This document shows positions 9,349 to 19,806 of a DNA stretch of 64,000 bases, in pieces. The position numbers and the translations under genes were made by a program. The stretch covers positions 1 through 64,000 of the forward strand of contig CASDPK010000005.1 in NCBI GenBank assembly GCA_949282555.1, in the 5' to 3' direction. Each line of letters begins with the position of its first letter. Position 1 is the stretch's first letter. Origin of the DNA: an uncultured Lentisphaeraceae bacterium. Its GTDB lineage: Bacteria > Verrucomicrobiota > Kiritimatiellia > RFP12 > DVOR01. The notes under the pieces are model-generated. The model was not told where the DNA came from and did not search any database. It was given only the letters and a program-made list of their open reading frames with translations.

Positions 9349-9956
9349 TCCGTAGCCTCCTTTCGTTGGGGAGCACGGCCCTTGGCGATTTTGCCGCGCA
9401 CGACGGCGGCCGTCTGTTCGTCGCCGATGAAGATGCGGATCACGCGGATATTCTCCTTGCACTCCGGAATCTTCACCTTCTCAAACAGATTCACGCGCTG
9501 ACCCGTGGTGTGAAGCTCCTCTTGAACCAACGCGCGTTGGCGGCGAAGGACATCGCCCTCGGCCTTGAGTGCCATCAATTCCGTGAGCATCGCCTGCGCA
9601 TCGTCCGTCCAAGCCGGGGTGCGATACGGATCCAGCGGCGAGGGCTCGGCCTCAATTCCCTCATAGAGAGGGATGGCGACACCAGCGATGTTGCCTTGAC
9701 CGACACGCACGCCCTTGAATGTCACCAACGTTTCGGGCGAAACCTCGGCGTCGGCGTACAACGCGATCCAAGACTCCAGCCGGCGGCGAGCCTCATCCTC
9801 CCGGCTCTGCACCTCTGCCAACTTGGCGGAAATGCCGGCAATCTCGGCCTGAAGTTGCTGCTTCTTGAGCTGAAGCATCGGCAAGAAGCGCTGGAACCGC
9901 CTCAGCGCGTCCGTCTGGGCCTTCAGCTCCGTCTTCGTGTGCTTGATCCGTGCCAT
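9345..9956 (-). CDS. atpD: V/A-type ATP synthase subunit D
   Basis: 203-aa coiled-coil protein MARIKHTKTELKAQTDALRRFQRFLPMLQLKKQQL... lying between B and I. Confidence 0.8.
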   Translation of the reverse strand: MARIKHTKTELKAQTDALRRFQRFLPMLQLKKQQLQAEIAGISAKLAEVQSREDEARRRLESWIALYADAEVSPETLVTFKGVRVGQGNIAGVAIPLYEGIEAEPSPLDPYRTPAWTDDAQAMLTELMALKAEGDVLRRQRALVQEELHTTGQRVNLFEKVKIPECKENIRVIRIFIGDEQTAAVVRGKIAKGRAPQRKEATE

Positions 9957-9988
9957 GGGAACACCTCGAAATCAGAACCAAGCGCCCA

Positions 9989-11287
9989 TCACGCCTTCTT
10001 CGGCCAAAACTTCTCCGCCATCTTGGTGGGGATACCGGTCTCCATCGGCTCAAAGCAGTCGGCAAGGATGGCCCAGCCAAGATCAAGGGCCTGTTCCAAG
10101 GGGATATTGACGGAAAGATCCATCATCTTCTCCTCGAAAAGGGCACCATAACGCAACAACTTGCGGTCCCAGTCGCTCATGCGGAAGCCCATGGACTGCT
10201 TTTCGGCCGCGTCCTTGTACTGCGCGTAAAGCTTGATCATCGCGTCCATGATCGTGCGGTGATCCTCGCGGGTATCCTTGTTCACCTGTTGCTTGAGACG
10301 CGACAAAGAACCGAACGGCTCAATGCGCCCGTTGCGGAGGTAGAACTGTCCCTCGGTGATATAACCGGTGTTGTCGGGCACGGGATGGGTGACGTCATCA
10401 CCGGGCATCGTCGTGACGGCCAAGATGGTGATCGACCCCGCGCCTTCGAAGTCCACGGCCTTCTCGTAACGGGCGGCCAGCTGAGAGTAAAGATCGCCGG
10501 GATAGCCGCGGTTGGAAGGAATCTGCTCCATGGTGATGGCGATTTCCTTCATCGCGTCGGCAAAGGACGTCATGTCCGTGAGAAGCACGAGCACCCGCTT
10601 GCCCTTAAGCGCGAATTGCTCCGCCACCGCAAGCGAAACGTCGGGCACGAGCATGCACTCCACCACGGGATCGGCGGCCGTGTGCACAAACATCACCGTG
10701 CGCGAAAGCGCACCGGAGGCATCGAGCGTGTCGCGGAACGCAAGGTAATCGTCATGCTTGAGCCCCATGCCGCCAAGGATGATGATGTCCACCTCCGCTT
10801 GGAGGGCAATGCGGGCAAGCAGGTCATTGTAAGGCTCGCCGGCACGGGCGAAAATCGGGAGCTTCTGGCTCTCCACAAGCGTGTTGAAGACATCGATCAT
10901 CGGAATGCCCGTACGCACCATGTGACGAGGGATAATGCGTTTGGCGGGATTCACCGAAGGTGTGCCAATATCGGTGAGCGACATGGAGAGCTCGGGGCCA
11001 TTGTCACGGGGCTTGGCCGAACCTGTGAAGACGCGCCCCAGCAATTCGTCACCGAAGGGCACCTGCATCGGGTGCCCAAGGAAGCGCACCTGTGCATCCG
11101 TCGCCACGCCACGGGCTCCGGCAAAGACCTGAAGCGTCACCTCATCGCCGGCGAGTTTGATGACCTGAGCCAACGAGGTGCCGACACGCGAATCAATTTC
11201 CGCCAACTCCTTGTTCCGGACGCCTTCGGCGCGCAGGGTCACCACGGAACCGGAGATATTGTCAATGCGATGATAAAGCTTATGCAT
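9989..11287 (-). CDS. atpB: V/A-type ATP synthase subunit B (regulatory)
   Basis: Start [20 protein letters not shown] preceded by GGAGG. The product shows an alpha/beta ATPase fold without a P-loop lysine context and is very similar in layout to NtpB. Confidence 0.9.
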   Translation of the reverse strand: MHKLYHRIDNISGSVVTLRAEGVRNKELAEIDSRVGTSLAQVIKLAGDEVTLQVFAGARGVATDAQVRFLGHPMQVPFGDELLGRVFTGSAKPRDNGPELSMSLTDIGTPSVNPAKRIIPRHMVRTGIPMIDVFNTLVESQKLPIFARAGEPYNDLLARIALQAEVDIIILGGMGLKHDDYLAFRDTLDASGALSRTVMFVHTAADPVVECMLVPDVSLAVAEQFALKGKRVLVLLTDMTSFADAMKEIAITMEQIPSNRGYPGDLYSQLAARYEKAVDFEGAGSITILAVTTMPGDDVTHPVPDNTGYITEGQFYLRNGRIEPFGSLSRLKQQVNKDTREDHRTIMDAMIKLYAQYKDAAEKQSMGFRMSDWDRKLLRYGALFEEKMMDLSVNIPLEQALDLGWAILADCFEPMETGIPTKMAEKFWPKKA

Positions 11288-13022
11288 GGGGAGCCTCCGA
11301 AACGAGTTTAAGGATGGCCTCGCGGCGGGCGTCGTAGCCTTCACCGCCCAAGGGGGTGTTGTTCCAGTCGATGAACGCCTGCTGGATCGCCAGAAAAGCT
11401 CTGCGGGCCGCGTCCTTCTCTGGATAAGCGTAGGATTCCGAAACGACCTTTTCGAGCACATCGAAGGCGGCGCGCTGACGCTCCGGCGAACTGCTGGCAT
11501 CGACTTCGTTGAAGGCATTCTGCTGGAGGTAAACCGCGTCGATCAGTTCCTTTTTGAGGAAGACCACAAAATCCTCCATCGCGGTGCCTTCCTCGCCCAC
11601 CACCTTCATCATCTGCTCCACGTCTGCCCCCTTGCGCAGAAGGGATCGAAGCGCCTCGACACGCGGTTGTTCGATGACGGAACGGTATTTGCTCCAAGAA
11701 TCGAGCGGGTCAATGGCAGGGAAACGGCGCGCATCCGAACGCGCACGGGAAAGACCGTGGAACGCTCCAACCACCTTGAGCGTGGCTTGCGTTACCGGCT
11801 CGTCAAAGTTGCCGCCCGCAGGGGAAACGGTGCCGCCGATGGTGACGGAACCGATTGAACCGTCTTTCAGGCGAACGCGCCCGGCGCGCTCGTAAAATCC
11901 GGCAATGACCGATTCGAGGTACGCAGGGAACGCCTCATCGCCGGGGATCTCTTCCAAACGCCCGGACATCTCACGCAACGCCTGCGCCCAGCGGGAGGTA
12001 GAGTCCGCCAACAAGAGCACATTGAGCCCCATCTGCCGATAATAGCCTGCGAGCGTCACGGCGGTGTAAACCGAAGCCTCACGCGCCGCCACCGGCATGG
12101 AGGAGGTGTTGCAGATGATGACGGTGCGATCCATCAGAGTGCGCCCCGTCTTGGGATCTTTCAGCTCGGGGAACTCTCGCAACGTCTCCACCACCTCACC
12201 CGCGCGCTCACCGCACGCGGCCACAATCACGATGTCCACGTCGGCATACTGCGATGTCTGGTGCTGAATCACCGTCTTGCCCGCGCCGAACGGCCCCGGG
12301 ATGCAATAGGTTCCACCCACCGCCACGGGGAAGAAGGTATCCACGGAACGAATGCCCGTGGGAAGGGTTTCCGTTGGGCGAAGGCGCTCAGCATAACACG
12401 TGATGGGAAGTTTCACGGGCCACCGCTGCATCAATTTCACGGAATGCTCCGCACCCTTCGCGTCGGTAACCACCGCGACCTCGTCCTCCACGGTATATTG
12501 TCCCGCAGGACTCACGCGCTTGACGGTGTAGACCCCGCGCCAGGCGAACGGAATCATGATGCGATGCGTGTAAACGCCCTCCGGCACCGTGCCCACCGTC
12601 TCACCCGCCGTCAGCCGATCGCCCGGCTTGGCCACAGGCGTGAAGTCCCACTTCGTCGAGCGATCCAGCGAGGGGAGATAGGTGCCACGTTGGAGGAAGA
12701 AACCACATTGCTCGGCCAGTTCCGGCAACGGGTTCAGCAATCCATCATACACACGCCCGAGAAGTCCCGGCCCCAACTCGGCGGAAAGAAGATCCCCCGT
12801 GAAGTCCAACGTGTCACCCACCATGAGGTCGCGCGTATCCTCAAACACTTGAAGGTCGGCCACGCCGTCGCGCACACGCACGATCTCGCTCATCAGGCGC
12901 AACGTCCGATCCTTCTCGGGAATGCACGCATAGCCCACTTCGTTCTGCGCCACGGCCCCGGTAAAAGCCACCGTGATCATGTTGCCGTTGACGCCCGTCA
13001 CTTTCCCTGTCGTCTTTGCCAT
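11280..13022 (-). CDS. atpA: V/A-type ATP synthase subunit A (catalytic)
   Basis: The 580-aa product has the Walker A sequence GPFGAGKT and the non-homologous insert region typical of A subunits. Confidence 0.9.
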   Translation of the reverse strand: MAKTTGKVTGVNGNMITVAFTGAVAQNEVGYACIPEKDRTLRLMSEIVRVRDGVADLQVFEDTRDLMVGDTLDFTGDLLSAELGPGLLGRVYDGLLNPLPELAEQCGFFLQRGTYLPSLDRSTKWDFTPVAKPGDRLTAGETVGTVPEGVYTHRIMIPFAWRGVYTVKRVSPAGQYTVEDEVAVVTDAKGAEHSVKLMQRWPVKLPITCYAERLRPTETLPTGIRSVDTFFPVAVGGTYCIPGPFGAGKTVIQHQTSQYADVDIVIVAACGERAGEVVETLREFPELKDPKTGRTLMDRTVIICNTSSMPVAAREASVYTAVTLAGYYRQMGLNVLLLADSTSRWAQALREMSGRLEEIPGDEAFPAYLESVIAGFYERAGRVRLKDGSIGSVTIGGTVSPAGGNFDEPVTQATLKVVGAFHGLSRARSDARRFPAIDPLDSWSKYRSVIEQPRVEALRSLLRKGADVEQMMKVVGEEGTAMEDFVVFLKKELIDAVYLQQNAFNEVDASSSPERQRAAFDVLEKVVSESYAYPEKDAARRAFLAIQQAFIDWNNTPLGGEGYDARREAILKLVSEAPHA

Positions 13023-13035
13023 TTGTCACGCTTCC

Positions 13036-13569
13036 TTAAAGAGTCTCTTTCGGCAGTGCGGCCTCCAGCCGCTCCGAACCGCGCACAGCATCCAACGCCG
13101 CCCTCCGGAGGGCCAAGCGAAGTTTCACGGCATACGCAAAAATTTGCCCTTTGCTCGCCGGGTCAAACCCGCCAAGACTTTCCGCCGCCGCCCAACGTAC
13201 CCGCATCAACGCCTCTTCGCGCGCCAACGGATCGGGTGCGGATTCAAACGCGGCATCGACCATCCGCGTCAGCCACACGGGACAAGCCGCCGTTTCCGGC
13301 GGAGTGAATTCCCCCGAGGCTGCCGCCCCACGCCGCGTCAAACGCCGCCGGCCAATGGCACCGTCAATCGCGGCCTCCAAATTGCGCCAAGCACACACTT
13401 GGGGATGATCGGAGGTCTCCGCACTCCCTCTCACCAACAGTGCCGCCGCACGCGCATCCCGAGCGGAAAGCGCACTGGCACAGGCCGCAACGAACGCCTC
13501 CGCCGTCACGGTTGGCGCACGGTCGGGGAAAAGCATCGGCAACGAGGCCAACAAATATCCAAGACTCAT
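13036..13569 (-). CDS. Hypothetical protein embedded in the V-ATPase operon (DUF2764-like position between E and A)
   Basis: 177-aa Ala/Arg-rich protein. Its position matches the uncharacterised gene found between E and A in Bacteroidetes- and Chlamydia-type V-ATPase operons. Confidence 0.4.
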   Translation of the reverse strand: MSLGYLLASLPMLFPDRAPTVTAEAFVAACASALSARDARAAALLVRGSAETSDHPQVCAWRNLEAAIDGAIGRRRLTRRGAAASGEFTPPETAACPVWLTRMVDAAFESAPDPLAREEALMRVRWAAAESLGGFDPASKGQIFAYAVKLRLALRRAALDAVRGSERLEAALPKETL

Positions 13570-13632
13570 GAAACCTCCTTACGGTCGGCGGAGAGAGCGA
13601 TCATGCGCAGGCGACCTTCCCTCCGACAGCGC

Positions 13633-14205
13633 TCATTTCAGGAGTTCGGCCAATTGCGGACGCAACAAGCCCGCCAACGCCGCCGTGACGGCCTCACCAG
13701 AAAAATCATGTTCCACGCGTCCCCCCGCAAGGCGAATCCGGAATCCCGTGCCCATCTGAGGATCGGTCACCACCGTGGCATCCCCCTTGATCGCAAGTGT
13801 GGCCTTCAGCGCCACCGCGAGTTCCGGCCCCACCGTTACCTCGCCAACGCCGTCCTTGAAATACGTTTCCACCGCCTCTGCGATCAGACGCTCCACCAAT
13901 GGCCCCGGCTTCAACGCCTCGTCCACCGCACCACCCAGTGTCCGCTCCAACAACGCCGTGACATCTTGCCCCAACTTTAGCAAGACATCCCGCGCAGCCT
14001 GGCGAATCGTTGCCTCGGCCCCTTGGGCCGCTCGCTCCGCCTCCGTCTTCGCCTTCGCCACCGTGTCAGCGGCCTCCGCCTTCGCCTTCGCCACAATGTC
14101 GGCAGCCTCCGCCTTCGCCTTCGCCACAATGTCGGTAGCCTCCGCCTTCGCGGCATCGACACCCTCACTGCGGATTTTGTTCAGAAGCGCATCAAGGTTT
14201 TCCAT
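13633..14205 (-). CDS. atpE: V/A-type ATP synthase subunit E
   Basis: 190 aa, a long N-terminal Ala/Lys/Glu helix plus a C-terminal globular part. Contains an in-frame triple repeat DIVAKAKAEAA. Confidence 0.75.
   Translation of the reverse strand: MENLDALLNKIRSEGVDAAKAEATDIVAKAKAEAADIVAKAKAEAADTVAKAKTEAERAAQGAEATIRQAARDVLLKLGQDVTALLERTLGGAVDEALKPGPLVERLIAEAVETYFKDGVGEVTVGPELAVALKATLAIKGDATVVTDPQMGTGFRIRLAGGRVEHDFSGEAVTAALAGLLRPQLAELLK
14038..14150. repeat. 33-bp tandem repeat, about 3.5 copies, inside atpE
   Basis: gcctccgccttcgccttcgccacaatgtcgg(c/t)a repeated. It encodes DIVAKAKAEAA x3 on the minus strand. Confidence 0.8.
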
Positions 14206-14399
14206 CGCTCTTGCATCCTTTCTCAGACTTGCGAATCACGATACCATGCCAGACGAAAACGCGTCAAGGCAAAGGCTCTTCCGAAGAAGAATAATCCATA
14301 CTATACCAACTCAAAGGTTAGTAAGCAAGCAGAATCCCCTGCCTGCGACCCGATTGCCCAAAAGGGAACTCGATCACATCCACAAACGTCAACGAGGAA

Positions 14400-15938
14400 T
14401 CACCGAGACAATATCCGTTGCCCTATTTGAATCAAATCCTCCACCGTTGGGGAAATGGGCTTGGGAGGCTCTGGTGGATCGCCAACAGCGTCCCGCACGG
14501 CCGGCCATCCGCCAAGGCAGACGGGAAGACCACTCGCAGCGGACAGTTTCATCTCGCGCACCAAACGGCAATAATCATCGTAAGAAGCGCAATAACGCTC
14601 AAACCAATGATACAACGTGTACTTTGGATAACGAAGGAGCAATGCGTCCACGTCATTCAGGAATTGCGGATCATGCGTGTGTTGGTATCGGGCCAACGCT
14701 TCTGTCGCCAAGGCAATAATGGTCCGCTCAGCCCGGGCTCTCGGGAGCTCCTTCCCCCGAAATGACACAAGCTCCTTCAACACCTCCTCCGCTGTCTGCT
14801 CCGATCTCGGCAACGAAAACGTGGACCGTCTGAAAGCCAAGCCGCACCACCGCTCGTCCGACGGGCGCGGCTCAGGAACCCGCTCTGCCGCCAACAGCCA
14901 ACGGCAAGGCATCGGCTCCCGAGGCATGGCCTCACAAAGAAGAACCACGTGCTCGAGATCAAGTCCCTTAGGAAGTGGCTCCCCCTTCCATGGCACCACC
15001 CAGTCACTCTCCGGAAAAGCCGCATGCAAGGCTGCCTGTACCTCGGAAACTCGTTCATTCGGGAATGCTCCGAAAAAGGCGACATCCTTTGGGTTATTCA
15101 AGCGCGACCGAAGCACACCGTAATAGGCCTTCGCCTGTTCTTCAAAGGGTTTCTCACACACCATTCCCTCGGGAAGGCCGATGAAGACCGGCAGGACAAG
15201 GCAAAGTTCGTCTCTCAGCCGACTCCCCATCCAATATCCCGTGGGAAGTTCATGTGCATTCCAAAACACCCTCATTTCCAACGGTGTCACGAGGCGCAAC
15301 GAGGCCGGAGGGGACACGCCGAGCGCTTCGGCGACCTCGCGCCAAAGAATCTCTTCACGCATGGGAATGAACAGATGTGTTCGCGAATCGGCCACTATCG
15401 AGAAAACCTCATCCCGAAAATCCCAACTGCGACCCACCAGATTCACCACCAACGTTTCAGGCTTCCATGTAGCAAATCGCCACGTACCTTGCTTCCGTGC
15501 CTTCTTTTTGGGAATTACGGCCTTCCCCTTGACAACCTTCTCCTTGGGATGAGGCACGTTGACATAGTCATACGCCGGCACCCCCTCAATCCGCAACATC
15601 TCCGCCAAAGCGGCACCGCGCCACACCCGAACATCCAGCTCCGCCTCCAAGTTCCTCTGTCCTACGAGCTGCTCAAAAGGCCGAGCGTAACGTTCGTCAC
15701 AATAGTAGCGCAAATAATTTTTCGGCACCCCTTCCAATGCGGGTGGAAGCGTCCGTGCCGTCAGTTGCACATAGTGCCCCATGAACAAATCGCGCGGGTC
15801 ATAGACTTCGACATGTAACGTTACACGCTCTCCCCGCGTGAGGATGAGATGATGTTTCACGAGCATCCAGGTCGGCACCGCCAGTTGTGCCACAAGGCCC
15901 ACGAGGAGGAGGGCACGCTTCCACGAAATCCTTCTCAT
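14400..15938 (-). CDS. GDYXXLXY-domain protein with a large C-terminal extension
   Basis: The N-terminal roughly 190 aa have a signal anchor and a DPRDLFMGHYVQL motif of the GDYXXLXY type, followed by about 320 aa of unknown function. The start overlaps the upstream gene stop by ATGA. Confidence 0.55.
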   Translation of the reverse strand: MRRISWKRALLLVGLVAQLAVPTWMLVKHHLILTRGERVTLHVEVYDPRDLFMGHYVQLTARTLPPALEGVPKNYLRYYCDERYARPFEQLVGQRNLEAELDVRVWRGAALAEMLRIEGVPAYDYVNVPHPKEKVVKGKAVIPKKKARKQGTWRFATWKPETLVVNLVGRSWDFRDEVFSIVADSRTHLFIPMREEILWREVAEALGVSPPASLRLVTPLEMRVFWNAHELPTGYWMGSRLRDELCLVLPVFIGLPEGMVCEKPFEEQAKAYYGVLRSRLNNPKDVAFFGAFPNERVSEVQAALHAAFPESDWVVPWKGEPLPKGLDLEHVVLLCEAMPREPMPCRWLLAAERVPEPRPSDERWCGLAFRRSTFSLPRSEQTAEEVLKELVSFRGKELPRARAERTIIALATEALARYQHTHDPQFLNDVDALLLRYPKYTLYHWFERYCASYDDYCRLVREMKLSAASGLPVCLGGWPAVRDAVGDPPEPPKPISPTVEDLIQIGQRILSR

Positions 15939-17128
15939 TGCCGGCCTCCTTTCCAGCCTCGGGACAACAAGAGATTGACGACAAACAACGCGATGCCTCC
16001 GGCGATAAGCAACACCCCCTGCACCATGAGTTCCACCCTCATTGCGATCACACTGAACCACGCCGACAGCAACGTGAAGATGAGCCCTTCATTGGCAACC
16101 GCACGTTTCCCAACCCGCACACCGTACGCAATGGCCACAATACCGACGAGCAACGCCCCAATCGTCAACAGAAGCGATGATCTCCCAATCATGCGACCCA
16201 CGTAAAGCGCGGCACTCATCACCGGAAGCAGTAAGAGAAAAATTCCCTCATTGCGCAGAAACCACCGCCCCAACCCCGCCACAAGGAACACACTCATCAC
16301 CACCCACCATAGGGGAGAGGCGAGACGGATCAACGGCGCCTCGACAATCCCCATAAAAATCCCAAAAACAGGAATCAGTAACCCAAGGATGGACAACGGC
16401 CGTCCCCCCGGGCCATACTGCCGCTCAACCCAAGCCCCGATTCCCAACAGCGACCACCCGCACACCAAAAAGATCGGATGAGCCGCCGGCACAATCTCCA
16501 CCCGACGCCAAACAAACACCAGCAGAAAAACCAAGGAGATCATAGCCATCAAAGCCGCAAGCCATCGTTGCCCCCTCGCATGAAGTCCCCCATCCCTCCA
16601 AAATCTCGATATGCACGGCAGAAGAAGTGCAATCCCCGTCAGCAAAATCAGGACCGAGATTTCGACATGTTTCCCCTTAAACGTATCCATGGCCACGAAA
16701 GCGGAAGCAATGACAAATCCCCACGCCGTCATCCATGCCGCCGTGGCCCGTGTGGCCAAAACCACCGGCAACAACAACACCGTCACTGCCAAGCAGAAAT
16801 CTAACGCCGAAGAGCTCAGTTGCAACACTCGGCCCAACAGCGCAATGGAACACACCACGCCGCCCGTCCACAGCACCCCCAGCACCTCATGTGCCGCTAG
16901 TGAAGTCACCCCACGCCACAGCATCCACGCATACACCCCCCACGCCGTCACCAGTGGCGCCATGGCCACCGTCACCTGCACCGCAAAAGGGATCGTATAC
17001 CAATTCGCCGCAAGCAATGCGATCAACCCTCCAATGGCCAGCGCCACACCCGCAGAGCCAAACCACAGAAAACCCTTCATGGATTTCGCTTGCACCGCCT
17101 CAACCTGCCTACCTTCTTCCATCGCCAC
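15935..17128 (-). CDS. Polytopic membrane protein, DUF4401-like
   Basis: 397 aa with about 11 TM helices. It sits between a DUF2157-like gene and a GDYXXLXY gene, matching the conserved three-gene arrangement. Confidence 0.5.
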   Translation of the reverse strand: MAMEEGRQVEAVQAKSMKGFLWFGSAGVALAIGGLIALLAANWYTIPFAVQVTVAMAPLVTAWGVYAWMLWRGVTSLAAHEVLGVLWTGGVVCSIALLGRVLQLSSSALDFCLAVTVLLLPVVLATRATAAWMTAWGFVIASAFVAMDTFKGKHVEISVLILLTGIALLLPCISRFWRDGGLHARGQRWLAALMAMISLVFLLVFVWRRVEIVPAAHPIFLVCGWSLLGIGAWVERQYGPGGRPLSILGLLIPVFGIFMGIVEAPLIRLASPLWWVVMSVFLVAGLGRWFLRNEGIFLLLLPVMSAALYVGRMIGRSSLLLTIGALLVGIVAIAYGVRVGKRAVANEGLIFTLLSAWFSVIAMRVELMVQGVLLIAGGIALFVVNLLLSRGWKGGRQ

Positions 17129-17196
17129 ATCTCCCTATCGACTTTCAAAACAAAACCATCCGACCATCGCCCAGCAAGGACGCTCTGCCTCCTAGA

Positions 17197-17973
17197 TTAC
17201 TCCAGCCCCTCCGCCGTTAGCCGCTCCCAGCGCATATGGTCACATGTCTTCCGCAACGTTTGCACCGGCGGCAGGAAGAGAACGGCGGTGTACACCGCGA
17301 TCCCACCCAACGCCACCCACAACCAAGCAAGCACCGGGCGGCGAAACCGCGTGAAGCAGACCCACGCCAAAAACGCCGTCACAAAAATCGTGGACACCGG
17401 CAGGCGCAATGGGAGAAAGGCGGCAAACAGAGCATGATGAATCTCGCCCCACAAGATGTTCAACGGCATCAGGGCCAAAAAGAAAAGAAAAGGAGACGCA
17501 CACAGACGCCACTGAGGATATCTCAGGGCCGCTCCTATCACCCCTATGCTCGCCATCGCACAAACCAACCAGATACCACCCCTCACCACCGGGTAGGAAT
17601 CGGGGAGGAGCCCAGCCACATCCAGCCCCAAAAACAACAACCGAAATCCGCCTTTCACCACCGTGTACGCCAAATAGGCCCCAACCACCCAACGTGTCAC
17701 CATCAACCACCTTGGCAATGCCAAGCGCCGCGTATGCACGTAGCAGACAATTCCAACACAAGGAAGAACAAGGGCGAAGAAGAGGTCATACCCAAGTCTC
17801 CACAAATCCAATCGTATCGGCTCCAACAACCGCATCAGGCCGATATCCAGCAACACCTTTCTCAGCAGGCTCACCCCCGCCACACCGATCAATCCGATCA
17901 CGTACACAGCGTTTCCGGACGAGAACGTGTCTTGTTCCGACAAGGACGATTCCATAAGGCCTCCAGCCATCAT
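17197..17973 (-). CDS. Membrane protein, DUF2157-like
   Basis: About 258 aa with multiple TM helices. The start ATG overlaps the SPFH-B stop (ATGA). Confidence 0.45.
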   Translation of the reverse strand: MMAGGLMESSLSEQDTFSSGNAVYVIGLIGVAGVSLLRKVLLDIGLMRLLEPIRLDLWRLGYDLFFALVLPCVGIVCYVHTRRLALPRWLMVTRWVVGAYLAYTVVKGGFRLLFLGLDVAGLLPDSYPVVRGGIWLVCAMASIGVIGAALRYPQWRLCASPFLFFLALMPLNILWGEIHHALFAAFLPLRLPVSTIFVTAFLAWVCFTRFRRPVLAWLWVALGGIAVYTAVLFLPPVQTLRKTCDHMRWERLTAEGLE

Positions 17974-19790
17974 GGTTTTTGGGGAACGGCAATGGAAGGC
18001 GCTTTGAGATCCGTCCAAAGCGTTCCCTCGCCCGCATGAATCAAACGGATGGACAAATTGGGATTGAGCCGCTCCACAAAGGTCAAATCGGCCAATGTGG
18101 CCGGTTGCTTGAAGACCTCCGCACGGCGGCGAATCCCGAGCGCCTCTTCGTTGCTGACAAGGAAATCCGCTTTTACCTGGGCCTCACCGAGGGTCTGCGT
18201 GGTTTTGGCCTCGATTCGCGCACGCTCCAAATCCAATTCGGCAACGGCCAATTTGGTGTCCGCCTCCAGCTGGGCGACAATCCGCTTGGTGTCCGCCACG
18301 ATGGTGGCCACCTTTTTGTCCGTCTCCTGCTCCACCTCCTTGCGAAGCTGATCCACCTTCGCCAAGCGCGTGTTGAGCTCGGCTTGCCTGCGAGCCGTAT
18401 TCTGACGTTCACGGTTGGTGAGATCCTGTTCCTTGGCCTCACTCGCGGCCTGAATGGGGGCCAAGATTTCCACAGGGACCTCAACGTGGCGGATAATGGC
18501 ATTGTGAACAAGGATATGCCGTTCCCCAAGGGTCTTGACCAGCTCGGCGGTCATCTCGTTCTGAAACTTCAGCCGCCCCTCCCCGTCAATGAAGTCCCGC
18601 GCCTTGTAATAGGAGCCCTTCATGCGGGAAATGGAAAGGATCTGCGGCAGAATGATCTTGTCCACCACCGCCGGGAGGTCTCCATAAAGCATGTAAACAC
18701 GGGCAATGTTTTCCGGCAACAGCTCAAACTCCACCGTCATGTCCAGCAAGATTTGGAATCCGTCGATGGAAGGGAACTGCACAAACTGGTTCATGCCAAA
18801 CGCCACGGAGTCCGAGAGCGGCACATCCACCGAAGGCGCCGCCGCGGAGCGCGGCAGAAGAACATCCGCACGATCCGCCGCGACAGCTCCCCCCTTGGAA
18901 GAGACCTTCTTCGCCACCCGTTGCGGCATCCGCTCCTGAACGGCATCCGAAGCCGCCCCCGCGGCAAGACGATTTCGTGCGCCTGCCGCCGTGAAATTGG
19001 AGGCCACCGCCTCTTGGGTCATCAGGTTGGCGTTGTCGCTCACATAGGCCGCCCGCCGTTTCTGCTGCTGTTCCAGCACGGATTCCTGCAATTCATCCAA
19101 CGCCTTCGTGGCCGTGCCCACGACATTCCGTGTGAGCACCATCGTGCCGGCACGCCCAACGATGGAGACCTGATTGATCCCCGCCTCCATCAAATCCACC
19201 TGATAGACCTTTGGGTTGATGTAGTAGAGGCCCGGCTGGAGCACCTCCTCCATCACCCCTTTCTCACCCGGCTTTGCGAAAGCCCCGTGCGCCGCGGGTT
19301 TCCCCGTCTGCGAGGTGACGATGCCCACATAGCCCACCGGGATGTTCATCGCATCCATGATCGCCAAATCATAACCTTCGGGATTGAGCCGATACGTGCC
19401 GGGGCCCAGCACCTGCCGCCACACGCCCTTGCTCTCCCGATCCGGCGCGATGATGTCCCCCGGCGGCAACTCCTTGCCGACTTTGGAGGTCACCACGCCC
19501 ACCTTCCCCATCGGGATGGTCTGCGCCGGCACAAGCTTCCACTCATACGCGATCGGATTCAGGAAGTGCCGCCCTTCCGTGAGCGGTTCGCGGCGCACAC
19601 CCTTCTGCCCAGGCCCGGCAAGAATCTCACCCGGAGGCAACGGATCGCCCGATTTTGCCGTGACGATCGCCATCATGCCGGCCGGAACCGTCACACGGCA
19701 AAAGCCCCACATCCACACGCCCCACAGCAACGCCACACCTCCCGCCACGGCGGAAAGAACAACGGCCAACGATTGCTTCGTCATCATCAT
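17970..19790 (-). CDS. SPFH/band-7 (flotillin/HflK-like) protein B with a triplicated N-terminal beta-module and a C-terminal coiled coil
   Basis: N-terminal TM, then three approximately 55-aa repeats (consensus hVGVVTsKxGKxLPPGxIIA...G.WRxVLxPG.YxLNP), an SPFH-like core and a long charged helix. Confidence 0.7.
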   Translation of the reverse strand: MMMTKQSLAVVLSAVAGGVALLWGVWMWGFCRVTVPAGMMAIVTAKSGDPLPPGEILAGPGQKGVRREPLTEGRHFLNPIAYEWKLVPAQTIPMGKVGVVTSKVGKELPPGDIIAPDRESKGVWRQVLGPGTYRLNPEGYDLAIMDAMNIPVGYVGIVTSQTGKPAAHGAFAKPGEKGVMEEVLQPGLYYINPKVYQVDLMEAGINQVSIVGRAGTMVLTRNVVGTATKALDELQESVLEQQQKRRAAYVSDNANLMTQEAVASNFTAAGARNRLAAGAASDAVQERMPQRVAKKVSSKGGAVAADRADVLLPRSAAAPSVDVPLSDSVAFGMNQFVQFPSIDGFQILLDMTVEFELLPENIARVYMLYGDLPAVVDKIILPQILSISRMKGSYYKARDFIDGEGRLKFQNEMTAELVKTLGERHILVHNAIIRHVEVPVEILAPIQAASEAKEQDLTNRERQNTARRQAELNTRLAKVDQLRKEVEQETDKKVATIVADTKRIVAQLEADTKLAVAELDLERARIEAKTTQTLGEAQVKADFLVSNEEALGIRRRAEVFKQPATLADLTFVERLNPNLSIRLIHAGEGTLWTDLKAPSIAVPQKP

Positions 19791-19806
19791 ACGGCCTTTC
19801 CGGGCG

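Noticed and set aside
9950-11311. 453-aa plus-strand ORF
   Set aside because: Antisense to V-ATPase subunit B.
14023-14430. Plus-strand ORF with RLRLRH repeats
   Set aside because: It is the antisense reading of the 33-bp repeat inside atpE, not a separate gene.
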